A stretch of 64,000 nt of DNA from Cenococcum geophilum (Eukaryota), in contig CP158635.1 of assembly GCA_050273025.1 (NCBI GenBank), positions 3,286,001 through 3,350,000 on the forward strand, given 5' to 3'. The notes below the pieces were generated by a model that saw only the letters and a program-made list of their open reading frames with translations, did no database searches and was not told where the DNA came from. Below, piece after piece: positions 51,021 to 63,388 of this stretch (position 1 is the first letter of the stretch; the number at the start of each line of letters is the position of its first letter). Both the position numbers and the translations under genes were made by a program.

Positions 51021-53693
51021 TTACACCTTCCTCCTTTTCCCTGCAGTTGGAGTGTCATCCTCTCCGCCTAAATCTTCACTTTCCATCCGCCCTGTCGATC
51101 GCTCCGCACTCCGCCAGTTGCTCACACTCCCTTGCACGGTTTCGTACATCTCCTTCGCATCTTGAACCACGCCGTCCTCGCCCGAGTTGAACATCACCGC
51201 ATTGACAAACATCCGCATGAGCTCCTTCTCCAGCTGCGCCGAATTGACAATAGCTTTCGGCGGCACCACCTCGGCACTAAGCGGTAGGATGACGTTTGCA
51301 CCTCCTCCGCCCGGACTGCCAGCCGGAGTATCCGAAGCCGCAGCAGCTTGGACGGCTTTCGCGCCTGCACTGATGGCCGTACGAATTGACTTCAGATCCT
51401 GCGGACGCTTGATGATGCTGTGGTACCCTTCCGCGTTTTTCTCCTTGACTGGGTTACTGAAGATTGACGCGTGCTTGTGCGACCAGATATCGTTCATGAT
51501 TGGGACACTCATCCTGGAGAAGTGTCGGGGCGCCACGACTGTCTGAGTTCCAGGCGTACCAGGCATATCTTCTGATTCGGTGATAGAAACTTCTCGGGCG
51601 TTGCGTTTACGTTTGTTAGATTGAAGGGACTGCATCGTGCCACCACGTCGGCGCGCGGCTGTTGCTGGGATCAGAGTAGTATCAGCGGGAGTAGCATCTC
51701 CCTCTATGATATCGGCAGAAGTGTCAGGTTCAGTCTTGACTCGATATCCAGTAGCGGATTCGTTGTCGGCTGATACTGTTTCCGCATGAGAGGCAACCGA
51801 CTGGCTCCTGGTACGGCCGCGAGTTGAGCTACCAACTACTGAGGATGCCGTGCTGCCGCCTCTGCGTCGTTTTGTCGGCCTTCGACCACTCCGCATTTGC
51901 CGTACATCAACATCCCCAGCAATATCCTCCTTGCGTGCAGGTTCTTGAATCTTGCCTTTTTGTCGAGGCTCGCCAGTCGGTGAGGAAGCCACGGGTGCCT
52001 TCGGTAGTTCAAATGGAGCAACATCATCAATTGGACTCACAGTTGGCGAACGCCTTGGAGAATTTGGGATGCCAAGAGCAGAAGGTTTCCACCGCGTCTC
52101 GCTGCTAGGAGTCACCAGCGATAAAGGAGGTCTTGGCGTTCGGATACTTGAAGGCGTCGATATGGAGGTTCTAGCTTGGCCGGGAGGTTGCACAGATGGA
52201 AGCGCTCGGTGTCCAGGTCGAGACGGAACTGCACCGCCGGGTTTGGAAGAGATAGGAGCTGCTCGGTCGCTGATTGGGGTAACCGCTGGAGCCTGCTGAG
52301 CTGCCTTTTGCTGCTGCTGATGCGCTCGCGTTGGGTCCTGAGGTGTAACCTGGAATGGCGGAAGCATATAGCCGCCTTGATGCGGAGGATGAACAATTGG
52401 CTGCGGTTGCTGTGGCTGAGGAGGGTAGAGAGGTTGGTGACCTGAATATGGCGGATAGTAACTCCGTTGCTGTTGCGGAAGTTGAGGTGCATGTTGCACG
52501 CTGGGTGATTGTTGTCCAGGGGGGACTCCGGGATAACGCTGCGGAGTGGGAGAGTACTGCATAGGTGGGCCGGTCGGCGATCCCGGATATTGCGGCACAC
52601 CATTTCCTGGAAAGCCTGGGGTAGGCAGAGTAGGAGGGAACTGCATCCCCGGAGGAGGAGGCAACAGAACTGGCGAGGGAGGGTGGGCCTGTACTGCAGC
52701 ATTCTGGGACTTCGGGCTTGCTGATAGTGCAGGGCCAGGGCCAGGACCAGGACTTGGCTGGGGTTGTTGAGCATACGGAGACCGATGTATGGTAGGTGGA
52801 GAAGCTTTGTATCCAGGTCCCGAGAACTGAGGTGGAGGTAACTTTGGAGGAGCAAAGGGTTGGGAAGGTGTGCGGCTGTGAGTTGGAGACTGATGACCTG
52901 GACCTGGAGCCGGCTGAGATGTGGAGTGTGGTGTTGGTGGATTCAAGATTAAAGGCTTCCCATTTGGCGCTGTGTCGGAGTCGTGATTGATGACAGACTC
53001 GATCTTTGCTTGGCCATGGCGAGATTCTAGGGACTTATCACCGCTGTCCGTACTAACTTGCTGCGGAGCAGTAATCTTCTGAGTATCTGGAGCGAGAGTA
53101 GTGGAACTGGTGCTCATTTCCGCGTCTTTTGTAGTCGGTTGTGATGCATCATTGGAGGGAGTTTGGTCAGGTAATGCTGGGGTCTTCCCATTGAGCAGAT
53201 CCAAACGGCGTAATTTGTCGTCCCATTCCCCTCGTTCAATTTCTTGGAGCTCTCGCGTGAGGCCGTCGTACCTGCGCTCTTCTTCCCGAATTTGCTCCGT
53301 CACGTAAGATCTATATCTTGAATATAGCTTTGCAACCAGTTTCGGGATGAGGTAGGTGTGTTGCGAGGCCTCTTGGACAGTTGGCAAGCTTGGACTGGGT
53401 ACTTTTCGCTTCCTTGGATTTTTGACCTCTCCATTCTGGCCGTCACTATCACCACGCGTGGCATCCTGTACCTCAGACTTGGCCTCCTCTTTTAAAAGTC
53501 GCAGATAGAGCTCCCTTAACGCATCAGGGCTTAGTCGGCCGTTGTCGAAATGCTCTGCACCGTTGATGTGAGGATTCTTCTTCAGCAGATCGGAGATTCT
53601 GCTGAAGATGGCGGGTTCTACGCCATAAGAAGCGAGGGATTGAAACAATAGGAGTGTCTCGAGCGGTGTGTAGGTTGTGAGGCTAGTATTCAT
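51021..53693 (-). CDS. BRD8-like bromodomain protein (putative NuA4/SWR1-associated)
   Basis: Long ORF, likely start MNTSLTTYTPLETLLLFQSL; coiled coil ending ..EIERGEWD; P/Q-rich middle; split C-terminal bromodomain (SHKHASIFSNPVKEKNAEGYHSIIKRPQDLKSIR...ELMRMFVNAVMFN). Confidence 0.88.
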   Translation of the reverse strand: MNTSLTTYTPLETLLLFQSLASYGVEPAIFSRISDLLKKNPHINGAEHFDNGRLSPDALRELYLRLLKEEAKSEVQDATRGDSDGQNGEVKNPRKRKVPSPSLPTVQEASQHTYLIPKLVAKLYSRYRSYVTEQIREEERRYDGLTRELQEIERGEWDDKLRRLDLLNGKTPALPDQTPSNDASQPTTKDAEMSTSSTTLAPDTQKITAPQQVSTDSGDKSLESRHGQAKIESVINHDSDTAPNGKPLILNPPTPHSTSQPAPGPGHQSPTHSRTPSQPFAPPKLPPPQFSGPGYKASPPTIHRSPYAQQPQPSPGPGPGPALSASPKSQNAAVQAHPPSPVLLPPPPGMQFPPTLPTPGFPGNGVPQYPGSPTGPPMQYSPTPQRYPGVPPGQQSPSVQHAPQLPQQQRSYYPPYSGHQPLYPPQPQQPQPIVHPPHQGGYMLPPFQVTPQDPTRAHQQQQKAAQQAPAVTPISDRAAPISSKPGGAVPSRPGHRALPSVQPPGQARTSISTPSSIRTPRPPLSLVTPSSETRWKPSALGIPNSPRRSPTVSPIDDVAPFELPKAPVASSPTGEPRQKGKIQEPARKEDIAGDVDVRQMRSGRRPTKRRRGGSTASSVVGSSTRGRTRSQSVASHAETVSADNESATGYRVKTEPDTSADIIEGDATPADTTLIPATAARRRGGTMQSLQSNKRKRNAREVSITESEDMPGTPGTQTVVAPRHFSRMSVPIMNDIWSHKHASIFSNPVKEKNAEGYHSIIKRPQDLKSIRTAISAGAKAVQAAAASDTPAGSPGGGGANVILPLSAEVVPPKAIVNSAQLEKELMRMFVNAVMFNSGEDGVVQDAKEMYETVQGSVSNWRSAERSTGRMESEDLGGEDDTPTAGKRRKV

Positions 53694-54509
53694 CCCCCGA
53701 TACCGATGGAAGGCTTCTGGGGGACGATGGCGAAGGTAGGAGGGTGGTAGGGGAGCCAGCACGGCGGGAGGACTAGGATTGTGATAAGCATCAGTTCATG
53801 TGGGATAGAACGGGTCAGCCGTTGCTAACTGCGAGATGGGAATTTGCGCGTGGCGGTTGCGCCTCGATGAAATGGAAATAGCTGGTGCTCTGTGGTTTTG
53901 GTGTTTTTGCGACCGGGCTGCGGGCTCTGGACTGCGGGCTCTCTGTTTGGGGGGTGTGCAGGCGCGGACGAGCCAATGAACGGGGAGCCAATGGAGCTAC
54001 ACGACGAGAGGGGGCACGTGCCTCGACTCCCATATGGCGTCCCGGTGTGCGTGTGGACAGTGCCTGAAATATCGCCGGCTTCTGCAGGATGATGTTATGG
54101 TGCTTTTGCAGGAATGCTGCGCGAGACTTGCTTCCCCCCAGTGCTACGGGCTCCTAGGCAAAGACACGCACGCCTGCTACCCAGCTTCCCTCTCACAAGA
54201 CAAAGCTGCCGATCCTCGCTACGTACTTGGGCGCGCGGGAAATGAACGATGGCCTCCTTTTCGGACTCCAGCCCCAACACCCCAGAGTATGTGGCGAAGG
54301 ATTACTATTAGATGATGCTTCTCCTCCGCATGTCTTATCGAGTGCATCTGTTGGAACTTCTTTAAAGCCCGAAGAGACATTCCGCTTTCATTCAGAGCGC
54401 TCGCAACCCAACCAACCTCATTCCGCCCCTCAACAAAGACTATCTCCAAAGACATCCCCGCACACCTCCCTGGGGTCTCTACGAGGCCATACAGTCAGAC
54501 GAGAGAACT

Positions 54510-55017
54510 ATGGCGGATCCTGATAGAGATTGGAAGCCCAGCGGACGTCCTCAATCGTACGTTCTCAAACTTCTGACTTCTAGGACACCCAGATCTTACC
54601 GTGCGGCATAGCACTGTTGCACGTAATTTTTCGGCAGCTCTTGATGACCTATTCAAGATTGATGAAGGGTTGGATACTTTGGACAAGAAAGTCCACCAGA
54701 AGTACTGCCTACCCAGATCTTCTCCTGAAACCAACATAGGGGCTGACCTTGCTAGAAAGCAAGCAGTTTCGACCCACACCCAAGAGCTTGAAGCCCTCGA
54801 AGCCCGCCTCCGAGAGACTGAGGAGCGGTTGAAGCAGGCAAAATCGTCCCCTCCATCCTTCAATCGCAAAAATAGCCAGCACCGAACTCCGATTCGTGGG
54901 ACCTTCGCTGAAGCAGACAAAGCGGGTGCATCCGATCCCACAAGTTCCTTGGCTCAAGTTACCGCAGCATCACGGCGTCACACGGTCCAAACCGGATCAC
55001 AAAACCTCAATGATTAG
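54510..55017 (+). CDS. Small fungal coiled-coil protein of unknown function; introns ~54557-54611 and 54702-54755
   Basis: MADPDRDWKPSGRPQS|TVARNFSAALDDLFKID..|KQAVSTHTQELEALEARLRETEERLK; GT..AG introns; divergent from the bromodomain gene. The frame reopens after the TAG and runs to 55146. Confidence 0.72.
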
Positions 55018-55971
55018 ACATTCCTAGCACCGATGCCGGCCACATTGCCGGAAACACCACGGTCTCACACCAGCCGAGACTATGTGATGGCGGATAGACC
55101 GCAGGATGGTCAGAACAACGGAGACGGCGAGAAGACCCGGCTGTGAGAGTGAATAGAGCATTGGGTAACTTGATATGAGATTATGATACTAGTGATGTTA
55201 GTGGGGCCAGGGAAGGATGGTCAACTCGGCAACTTTCGGCTTTAGATGGGTTGAGTTTTTATTACTTCATGACGAAGCTTTTATACTAATTTGATTCTAT
55301 TGGCTAGGTGAGCTATTGGCAGACAGAATCAACGTTATCGAATTCATATAGCTATATCCGTTTATGAAAAGCCAGACGACAGGAAATAGAATGCGTGAAC
55401 GTAGAACTTATACCAGGCACCTAAGGAAGAAGACAATTTTTACATGTACCGAATGCCGAATGCAATATTTGTCGTACATGGAAGATCTGAATTACTACAA
55501 CGGTTGGTCTACTAGAATCACTGTCTGAGTTGATCTGGTTTTCCAGCACCTACGCAAAACCGCTCGGCGTTAACCACCTGTTTACGCATTTACCCCCAAG
55601 CGGTCCGCTATTCACCCGTGCTATATCGCTTAATCTCATCAGCCCACGGGTGGTCTTTTAACTACGAAATGCTTTTCAAAGCCGCGTCAGCAATTGTGAT
55701 TCGCTGTTCGTTGGCTGCAATCGTTGAGGCTGAGTGCGGACGAAAAATCGGCCTTGGCGTGATTATTAGGGCGTCCGTTTATGTATCAGAATTCGGACTT
55801 AACAGAGTAACTGGAACGCAACAGCGATAGCGATTAACATAAATGCAATTCTAAGTATGTATAAAAGGAAGGGAATGTTTCTTTCTAAGAAGTCTACCAA
55901 AATCAAAATCATCCAGCCTTCTTTCTCTTCCAGTCTTCTACCCCCAGCCAGAAACTACTCAAAAGCTCGCC

Positions 55972-56967
55972 ATGACTTCCAAGTACGCTGCTGCCCATGC
56001 TTCCACCAAAGGACCTGGCGACGCTCGTCCCACAGCTCTCCAAATCGTCCAAGACGAAGGCTTCGAGGGGAAACTCCAAGGCAAAGTCGCCTTCATCACT
56101 GGCTGCTCTTCCGGTATTGGGATTGAGACTGCTCGAGCCCTCTCCGCGACAGGTGCAACTGTATATGCGGCAGTGAGAGATCTCGAGAAGGGCAAGGTCG
56201 CCCTCGGCGACATCCTCTCACCTGGCCGTGTCGAACTGCTCAAGCTCGACCTCAGCTCTCTCTCTAGCGTCCGTGAATGTGTAAAGGAGTTCCTTACCAA
56301 GAGCAGTACTCTGAACATTCTTGCCAACAATGCAGGCATCATGGCCTGCCCCGAGAGCCGTACAGCTGATGGATTCGAGATGCAATTCGGCACAAACCAT
56401 CTCGGGCACTTTCTGCTCTTCAACCTCCTCAAGCCAACACTTTTAGCGTCGTCCACACCCTCGTTTAACTCGCGGGTTGTAAATGTCTCATCAACCGGAC
56501 ACCGCTACACTCAGATTCATTTTGACAACCTCAGCCTGGCGGGCGAATACGAACCTTTCATAGCATACGGCCAAAGCAAACTCGCAAACATATATATGGC
56601 CAACGAGCTCGACCGCCGCTACGGTTCTAAAGGCTTGCATGCCTTCAGCTTGCATCCCGGTGGAATCTGGTCTGAACTACAGAGACATATGCCAGACGAT
56701 GAGTTGAAGGTATGGAATACTCCTCAAGTCCATGTCTATATGAAAAGCCCGGCCCAGGGCGCGGCGACAACGGTGTGGGCAGCAATTGCAAGGGAATGGG
56801 AAGGCAAGGGTGGCAAGTATCTTGAAGACTGTCAGGTAAGCCTGCCAGTGGAGGAAGGGTATACGGTTTTGTCTCCTGGGTATGAAAAGTATGCATATGA
56901 TCCGGAGAGTGAGAAGAAATTGTGGACGCTTTCTTTGCAGATGATCGGTTTGGAAGATGATGAGTGA
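55972..56967 (+). CDS. Short-chain dehydrogenase/reductase (retinol dehydrogenase/WWOX-like)
   Basis: TGCSSGIG, NNAGIM, FGTNHLGHF, YGQSK, LHPGGI motifs. Confidence 0.96.
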   Translation: MTSKYAAAHASTKGPGDARPTALQIVQDEGFEGKLQGKVAFITGCSSGIGIETARALSATGATVYAAVRDLEKGKVALGDILSPGRVELLKLDLSSLSSVRECVKEFLTKSSTLNILANNAGIMACPESRTADGFEMQFGTNHLGHFLLFNLLKPTLLASSTPSFNSRVVNVSSTGHRYTQIHFDNLSLAGEYEPFIAYGQSKLANIYMANELDRRYGSKGLHAFSLHPGGIWSELQRHMPDDELKVWNTPQVHVYMKSPAQGAATTVWAAIAREWEGKGGKYLEDCQVSLPVEEGYTVLSPGYEKYAYDPESEKKLWTLSLQMIGLEDDE

Positions 56968-57171
56968 AGACTCTACTGGAACTTTATGTAAGACAAAGTG
57001 TCTCTACTCCACTCAGCGAATGGAGTTAGCATCATTTTCAGACATGCTTTACAAGCATTTCTTAAAAGCACCAAGAGCAAGCTTTCCTGTACTCCTGAGA
57101 TATCTAGACGAAGTACAATTTAAATCCAAAAACCGCTACCGTATATCCACCCACTGTGTCTGCCTGCCTAG

Positions 57172-58123
57172 TCACAACCAACGTTTATCGCCATGGTGAG
57201 ACAGGAACTTCCCTGAATCAGCGAGTGTTAAACCACGGATCACCTTGAGTTGCATCTTCACACTCTGTTCTGGACTAATCGGGCCCTTGAAGTTCGGCTC
57301 ATAAGCTCGAAACTGCTGGGACATGATTTGGAATTCGGCGAGCTTTTCCGGGTTTACTGGGAGAAGGTATCAGATTTACAGAATCGAAAAGGGGGCCGTT
57401 ATCGAGCTCAGAGCTACGTTTCAAAATACTTACAATCTTCAGATGAATTCGCTCTGGTATTAACCAGGCCTGGGCTCAAAGCCAAGAATGCAATACCTTC
57501 GGACTTCAGTTCGATAGCATATTTTGTAGCCAGCACGTTGGCTGCAGATTTTGAAGCAGAATAGGTGACAGCTTGCGAAACACCCGCAATCTCCATGAGC
57601 TCGGTATCGGCCATTCCGGATGATATGATAACAACCTTCTTAGCGGTTCCGGCACGGACCAAGGGTAGAAAGGCGTTGATTGCGTACAGAGGTCCGGCCA
57701 CATTAGTCATGAATGATTTCGTGAGGTCATCTTTGAAGAGCTTCTCTTTTCCGATAAAATCCGTAGGCGATAGGGCCCGGGTGTCTTCAGAAACAAAGGC
57801 TCCGTTTACGATCAAATAATCGACAGCACCGCCAGTGAGCTCTGCTGTGGCTTTTGCGGCGGCAACTAAAGCTTCTGGATCAGTTAGGTCGGCCGTAACG
57901 AGGCGTACATCTGTAATCGTATCTGCAGAGAGTTGCGACTGCACGGCTTCTTTGTTCCGGACAATACCGATGACCTTATTTGAGGTATCGGAGCTGAGTT
58001 GCCTTAGGAACTCGTACTATCATGGGGTTAGCTGGAACGTAAACACCTTGTAGTATTCAGCTAGACGACAAATAAGCTTACCCCGAGCCCTCGAGAGGCA
58101 CCTGCGATAACATAAGAAGTCAT
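57172..58123 (-). CDS. Short-chain dehydrogenase/reductase (C-factor/CsgA-like), two introns
   Basis: MTSYVIAGASRGLG | YEFLRQLS..; YSASK; ALSPGLVNT; C-terminus GKFLSHHGDKRWL*. Confidence 0.9.
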
Positions 58124-58700
58124 TGGATTTTGATAAGTGAGATGCCTTTGACAAGTTATTTCGAGAAGAATAAAGGAAGATGCGTTTAGATAGAATCGTT
58201 GGGGCCATTGTTGCGAGCAAGTAGAATATATACTCCGGCACTGAATTTGGTTGGAAATCAAGAGAGTTTGGAACCTTTTAGAAGCAAAGTCCCATAGGTA
58301 ACGATGCTGCAAATTTCGAAGAAAATGGGGCTTTGTCCAATCTCGGAATAGCGCCTCGCAGATACTTGCACATCTTCTATATGCTTTGAAACATAACACC
58401 AATCATCAATAACGGACGCTGACGCTAGCATTCAAAGCATGTCTTTAGTAGGGAATTCCCGCCTTCTGAATTTCGCAATTTCTTGCTTCAATTTGCGTTG
58501 TGGAGTAATTTCTGATGTAACCCTGGCATTTACAATTAGTGCATTTCCTTCATGTCCTTATTAGTCATTTCCGGCTTAATAACAAGAAAATGGCTGCAGA
58601 GGTTATCATAATACTCTGCCCGTGCTATACTAGAAGTTTCTAGCTATTAACATTGAAAGTTGCTGAGAAATAGCGAACAAACCCTTCTAATTCCAATATT

Positions 58701-60498
58701 TCAGCTAAAAGCTGGCAAGGCGCCGCTGGTACTCAGAATTGCAGTGACTTTCAGTGAATAGTCAAGCTGGTTCTCGCTATCCAAATCATCCTGAGTCCAC
58801 AAACGCTCTACAAGCCGTTGGATGCGGATGATATTCCCAACTTTTAATACTTTCTGTGTATTTGCTAGTATACGGAGAATTTCACTCCTTTGAGTGTCCG
58901 TCCGCGCCTCACAGGCAACGATGAAAAGTGGAAAACCACGCTCACATGTTTCGAGACGTTCAAGAATCTCGAAGGCGTCTCTGACAAATTTCATTACGCT
59001 AGAATGTGAAATGGGCGTCTTTTTCGCTGCTCGGTGCAGGTAGATCAATCCTGCAAGGCGGTACAGCTCGGCTATACCTCGTAGATTTCGCTCTTGAGTA
59101 GGGTGTTCAATATCATCTAAAATCTCGACATCCAATTCCTGCCGGGCAAATTTGAGTCTCCGTTCTAACTTATCAATCGTATCCATAGATACAGTGGAAG
59201 AGCTGTCAATTTCAAGAGTAACGTCAAAGATTTGAGATATCGTTACCAAAGTCTCAAGAGAGCATCCAAAAGTCCCTAGAATCTAATTTTATGTTAGCGA
59301 GGACGTATTAAGAGACGCCTAAACATATCATACCGTCGTTTTCTTAGGAGAAGCAAATTGCTTGTACATAATATACTTGTCCCTCGCACATGTCTCTTGA
59401 CCGATCGTTCTTTGCTTATAATGACGGACGCTGAATTTAGAGAGAACGTCGTGATAATACACCCAATCCAATATCAATGCAAGGTCACCTTGATATGGGG
59501 TATCGAGAGTATAAATATCTTTGACAGCCATCTTCGCTTTGCAGATATGCTGTGCCCAGGCGTACGGTGAATCCGGTTGGTCAAAAATCTTCATTTGAGA
59601 CAACGGGTTAAAACAAAGACAGACCAAAGATTCTGGTGTCAATTACTAACCTCGTAGAGACCTAGAATCATTGCTGCAGCAATGCGTTGGAGGACCTCCC
59701 TCATTCCACTCCCCTCATTTGAGGAAGCTTCTATCGCCAACAAAGCCTTCTCTTTGAAAACAATCGCTTGCGATTGACCATAAAGATGCAGTGATGCCAG
59801 AGCAAAATTTGCTTGAAGAACTGCACAGGATGACGAAGAGCTATCCGCAAACGACATTCGTAATATAAGGCTACAAAATTGTTGATTGCTAACAGATGCT
59901 ATCATTTTTGAGATGACCATCTCATCTGCAACTTGTCAGCGGCTCTATAGATATATCCCGATTTGGCGTACGATGTACAATAAGATATTAAGGTTGCTCT
60001 GCGCTCTTCCGGTGAGGAAGGAATCCAAGAGGGTCCCTTCTGAATCCTCGGATACTCCAGAGAGAAATAAGGATTTCCTAATGAAGCTACCGCTATTTGG
60101 CAGTCATGAGTAAACTTTAGATATGTTGAGCAAAACTTGTTAGCTATCTTACATAGGGTATCATCCCCACATATGTCATTATATAACCTCAAGTCGGAAG
60201 CAAAGACATTCAAAAATTGAACTTTGTTGCCGGATAACAATCCAACACTGTTCCCTAGGGTAAGAGGATTCTTCGCACAAACTGCGCGTCGTTGATCGCC
60301 TGGTCGTGGCCATGAGAGGCGGATGCCATACCCCTGACATTGCCTTCTTGACCGAAAGCAGTTCTGGCAAAAGGGAATCTGCCTGTCACATCAGATTTTG
60401 CGTTCTGGAGACGTTAACTCTAGAGCAATGGATAGGAGGGCTCCTAGTGGAGTACCTCGGCAAGTCCAGCATCCTCCTGAAATCTTAGAATTAACCAT
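58701..60498 (-). pseudogene. Zn(II)2Cys6 transcription factor with fungal-specific TF domain; nonsense codon inside the zinc cluster
   Basis: MVNSKISGGCWTCR |intron| ERKI*CDRQIPFCQNCFRSRRQCQGYGIRLSWP; downstream WVYYHDVLSKFS, AELYRLAGLIYLHR, FPLFIVACEARTD; TGA at 60391-60393. Confidence 0.82.
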
Positions 60499-61139
60499 AT
60501 GTTTCTGGTTTAGGATCCTAGCGAATTAATTCAAAGCATAATATATCCGTAATAAATGCACAAAGAAACGGGAAGAATATGAACGACAAAGAACAAGCTC
60601 AATGGGTAGGGGCGCTGACGTCAGCACAGCTAGGATTATGGATACGCATTCGTGCGTAGATGTACGCGCAGGAAGAGCCACGAATTCTGCAAAGACCATC
60701 CTTTCAGCTGGAAACTATTTTTCTAGTCGCTTACTATATTTCCGCAGCAAGGTAGAGCCAAATTCGCATACACTTTTTGCCTAAAATACATAGGATGAAT
60801 GTCTGATACTTACGAGACGGGGGGTGAAAGCATGTTTGGGGCCACATCGTGCTCTGGGCGTGTCCAGGTATACGAACAGGAGCTCTGAGGACACATTATA
60901 CACTATAGAGAAAATTCCGAAGATGTTTTGGGTGTAGGTGCCAAACGATGATTGAGTTAGTTAGCTACCTAATTAGTACTGGCAATATTATAATCAATTA
61001 CGTGCCATATCACCCACATAACTCAAATTCGTATGCAATCAACTGCATTAACTAAATAAGAATTATTATATACACTGGGGCAGTAAAACGCACTTCTTAA
61101 TTAAATTAGTGTCTTTAAAACTTATAGATTCTATTTCCG

Positions 61140-61658
61140 TACTACTGTGTAGAGCCTCGTGCAGGGCTTCGTGTAGAGCTTCGTGCAGAGCTTCGTGTAG
61201 TTTTATAGTATTTTTGTTGCAGAAAAAATTAGGGTTTAGCAATTTGCGGCGATTTGCACGAGTAGCCTGTGTGTTTATAATAGGGCGCCTCGGTTACTAT
61301 AGTAGATCCTTTTAATAAGATAATACTACCTAGCAGTAACTAAGGCGCCTTAGCTTTACTACTACTTCTAAAAGCTCTATAAGGGGATCTAGGGGGTCTC
61401 CTCTTAGAAAGCCTTATATATATATATAGATATTAATTAGACTATATTACTTCTAAATCAAGCCTAACTTAAGTAGGGCGCCTCAGTCTCTGTAATAGAT
61501 CCTCTTAGTAAGATAATATTACTTAGTAGTAACTAAGGCGCATTAGCCTTACTACTACTTTTAAATTAAGCAAAAGCTCTATAGAGGGGGGGTCCAGGGG
61601 GTCTCCCCCTGGAAAACCTTATATCTATATCTATATTAATATATTAATTAAACTCTAT
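61140..61658. repeat. RIP-altered repeat relic with gYagagcttcgt units and a ~180-bp direct duplication
   Basis: 12-mer copies at 61147-61200; ~61281-61450 repeated at ~61474-61655, the second copy with hairpin ccagggggtctccccctgg. Confidence 0.6.
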
Positions 61659-61968
61659 CCCTTAACACGTTAGGGCACCCAGAGGAGAAGGCCCGTGCGC
61701 GAACACCAAAACTTGAACAACGCGTTTATCTAGGCGGCAGCGTCATTCAAGGACTTATTTTAGCAGCAGTATCTATAAAATACCGTTCTGCAAGAAGTAC
61801 GGCCGCTAGAGACTTTATATCAGGCGACTCAACTCCAAAGATAAGCTTATATATTATTTCGCTATGAAATCAGAAGCTTTGTATTCCTAAGCACAGGCAT
61901 TGAATTCTATTGATCTGATTGGTAGGCTCTTATCGATAACACGGGTGCCCAAGTTGACGTGTTAAGGG
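61659..61968. mobile_element. 310-bp MITE of the CCC..GGG / AT-TSD family
   Basis: TIR cccttaacacgt / acgtgttaaggg; flanks ctAT / ATat; shared internal motifs gtgcgcgaacacc and ttatcgataaca. Confidence 0.85.
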
Positions 61969-62103
61969 ATATATAAGGCTCTAAGTTAAAGCTTTTAAAC
62001 TCGGGTCAAAGTTTACGTAGGGTACCTAACGTTCCGCATGTTAATAATTAGACGTTAACTAAGGGACGAGATATGGCAGTTAAAAAGGTAAGTTTTGGGT
62101 ATA

Positions 62104-62248
62104 CAAGGGGGTAGCATGAACGGGTCAGACGGCCCTCCCTGCTAGTATGTTATCAAAATAAGCGAACCTTTGCAAAATGGTTGGGCTGTATTATTCTGCT
62201 AGCATACTAGCAGGGAGGGCCGTCTGACCCGTTCATGTTACCCCCTTG
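62104..62248. mobile_element. Tc1/mariner-type MITE (TA TSD, ~45-bp TIR)
   Basis: caagggggtagcatgaacgggtcagacggccctccctgctagtatg and its near-perfect reverse complement, flanked by TA. Confidence 0.88.
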
Positions 62249-62949
62249 TATTTTGGGCTTGGGTACCGCCAAAGCTAGGACCATAAGCCTCAGACCCTCG
62301 GTGGAAAATTCGTTTGGATAAGGAGCAGTATGCCCACAAACGATCCACGGAGGGTCTGATTCATGAGAGAACTGTCAATGCTGTGTACCAGTATTCGAGG
62401 CGGCATCTCTACCCCATAAGGAACCACTTGTGAAGCCTACACATAGCAAGCAGCTTCCCTGAAATGTTTTGAAAAGTTGAGAATGCTCATGAGTTAAAAG
62501 TTGGCCTACTATCAGTCATTGGACAGGCCTGCAGAACAGTTTTGGATACCCCTAGATAATGTGCTGAATAGACTTTGGGTGGCGCCTGCAGGGCAACCTC
62601 CCAGCTTTCAGCTCTAGACCCCGCATCCAATCTCGCCTGGTTGCCACCAACTGTACATAGTAATTGTAGCGAAGCCGTATGCTTGGCTGCAAGAACTTTG
62701 CTTCTGCATTGTCGTGATCTTCGTTAATATCGTAAGGTTCCCACCCGTACAATATTGCCAAATTTTATCGGCAATTGCAGAGACAACGTTGTATTTGCGT
62801 TTTAGCAGAGGCATAAGAAAAAGAGGGAGCGTACGTCGGGGGAGCGTCGTCAAGCAAGTTCAATTCTCCCGGCTAACCAGAATAATTCTCCATGGCAACC
62901 AAAACAGCCCTTGCGCGTAGCCACAGCCGTTCGCTACAATTGCTATGTA

Positions 62950-63362
62950 CAAGGGGGTAACATGAATGGCTCAGACGCCCCCTCTCCACCGGAGAAAAAG
63001 GTGGCCGATTTTGACGCACGGTCCACAAACACTAAAACACTACCTTAGCGCGGTTTAAAAAGGTTTTTGGAGAGAATATAGATTAGGAGAAGATTAATAA
63101 GCAGTTTACGTGGTATACAAAGAGACTGCACGAATGTATTAGGCTTAGTGGGCAAATGATAAAGTATTAGAGAGTATAATAAGGCTTTTGGTATTTTTGG
63201 CCCGTGCGTCAAAATCGGCCACCTTTTTCTCCGGTGGAGAGGGGCCCCCCCTGCTATTATGGAGAGGAAAATAAGCGAGCCCTAAGTAACATAGCAGAGC
63301 TAGGTTATTTTGTGTACCGTACTAGCAGGGGGGGCGTCTGAGGCATTGATGTTACCCCCTTG
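62950..63362. mobile_element. Second MITE of the caaggggg family, interrupted in its left TIR
   Basis: caagggggtaacatg.. / ..atgttacccccttg; TA flanks. Confidence 0.85.
62980..63243. mobile_element. Nested MITE with ~43-bp TIR and probable 3-bp TSD gcc
   Basis: ccctctccaccggagaaaaaggtggccgattttgacgcacgg and its exact reverse complement; removing it plus one gcc restores the host TIR (g + 7 c). Confidence 0.8.
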
Positions 63363-63388
63363 TACAGTTGGTGGCAGCCAAGCGAGAT

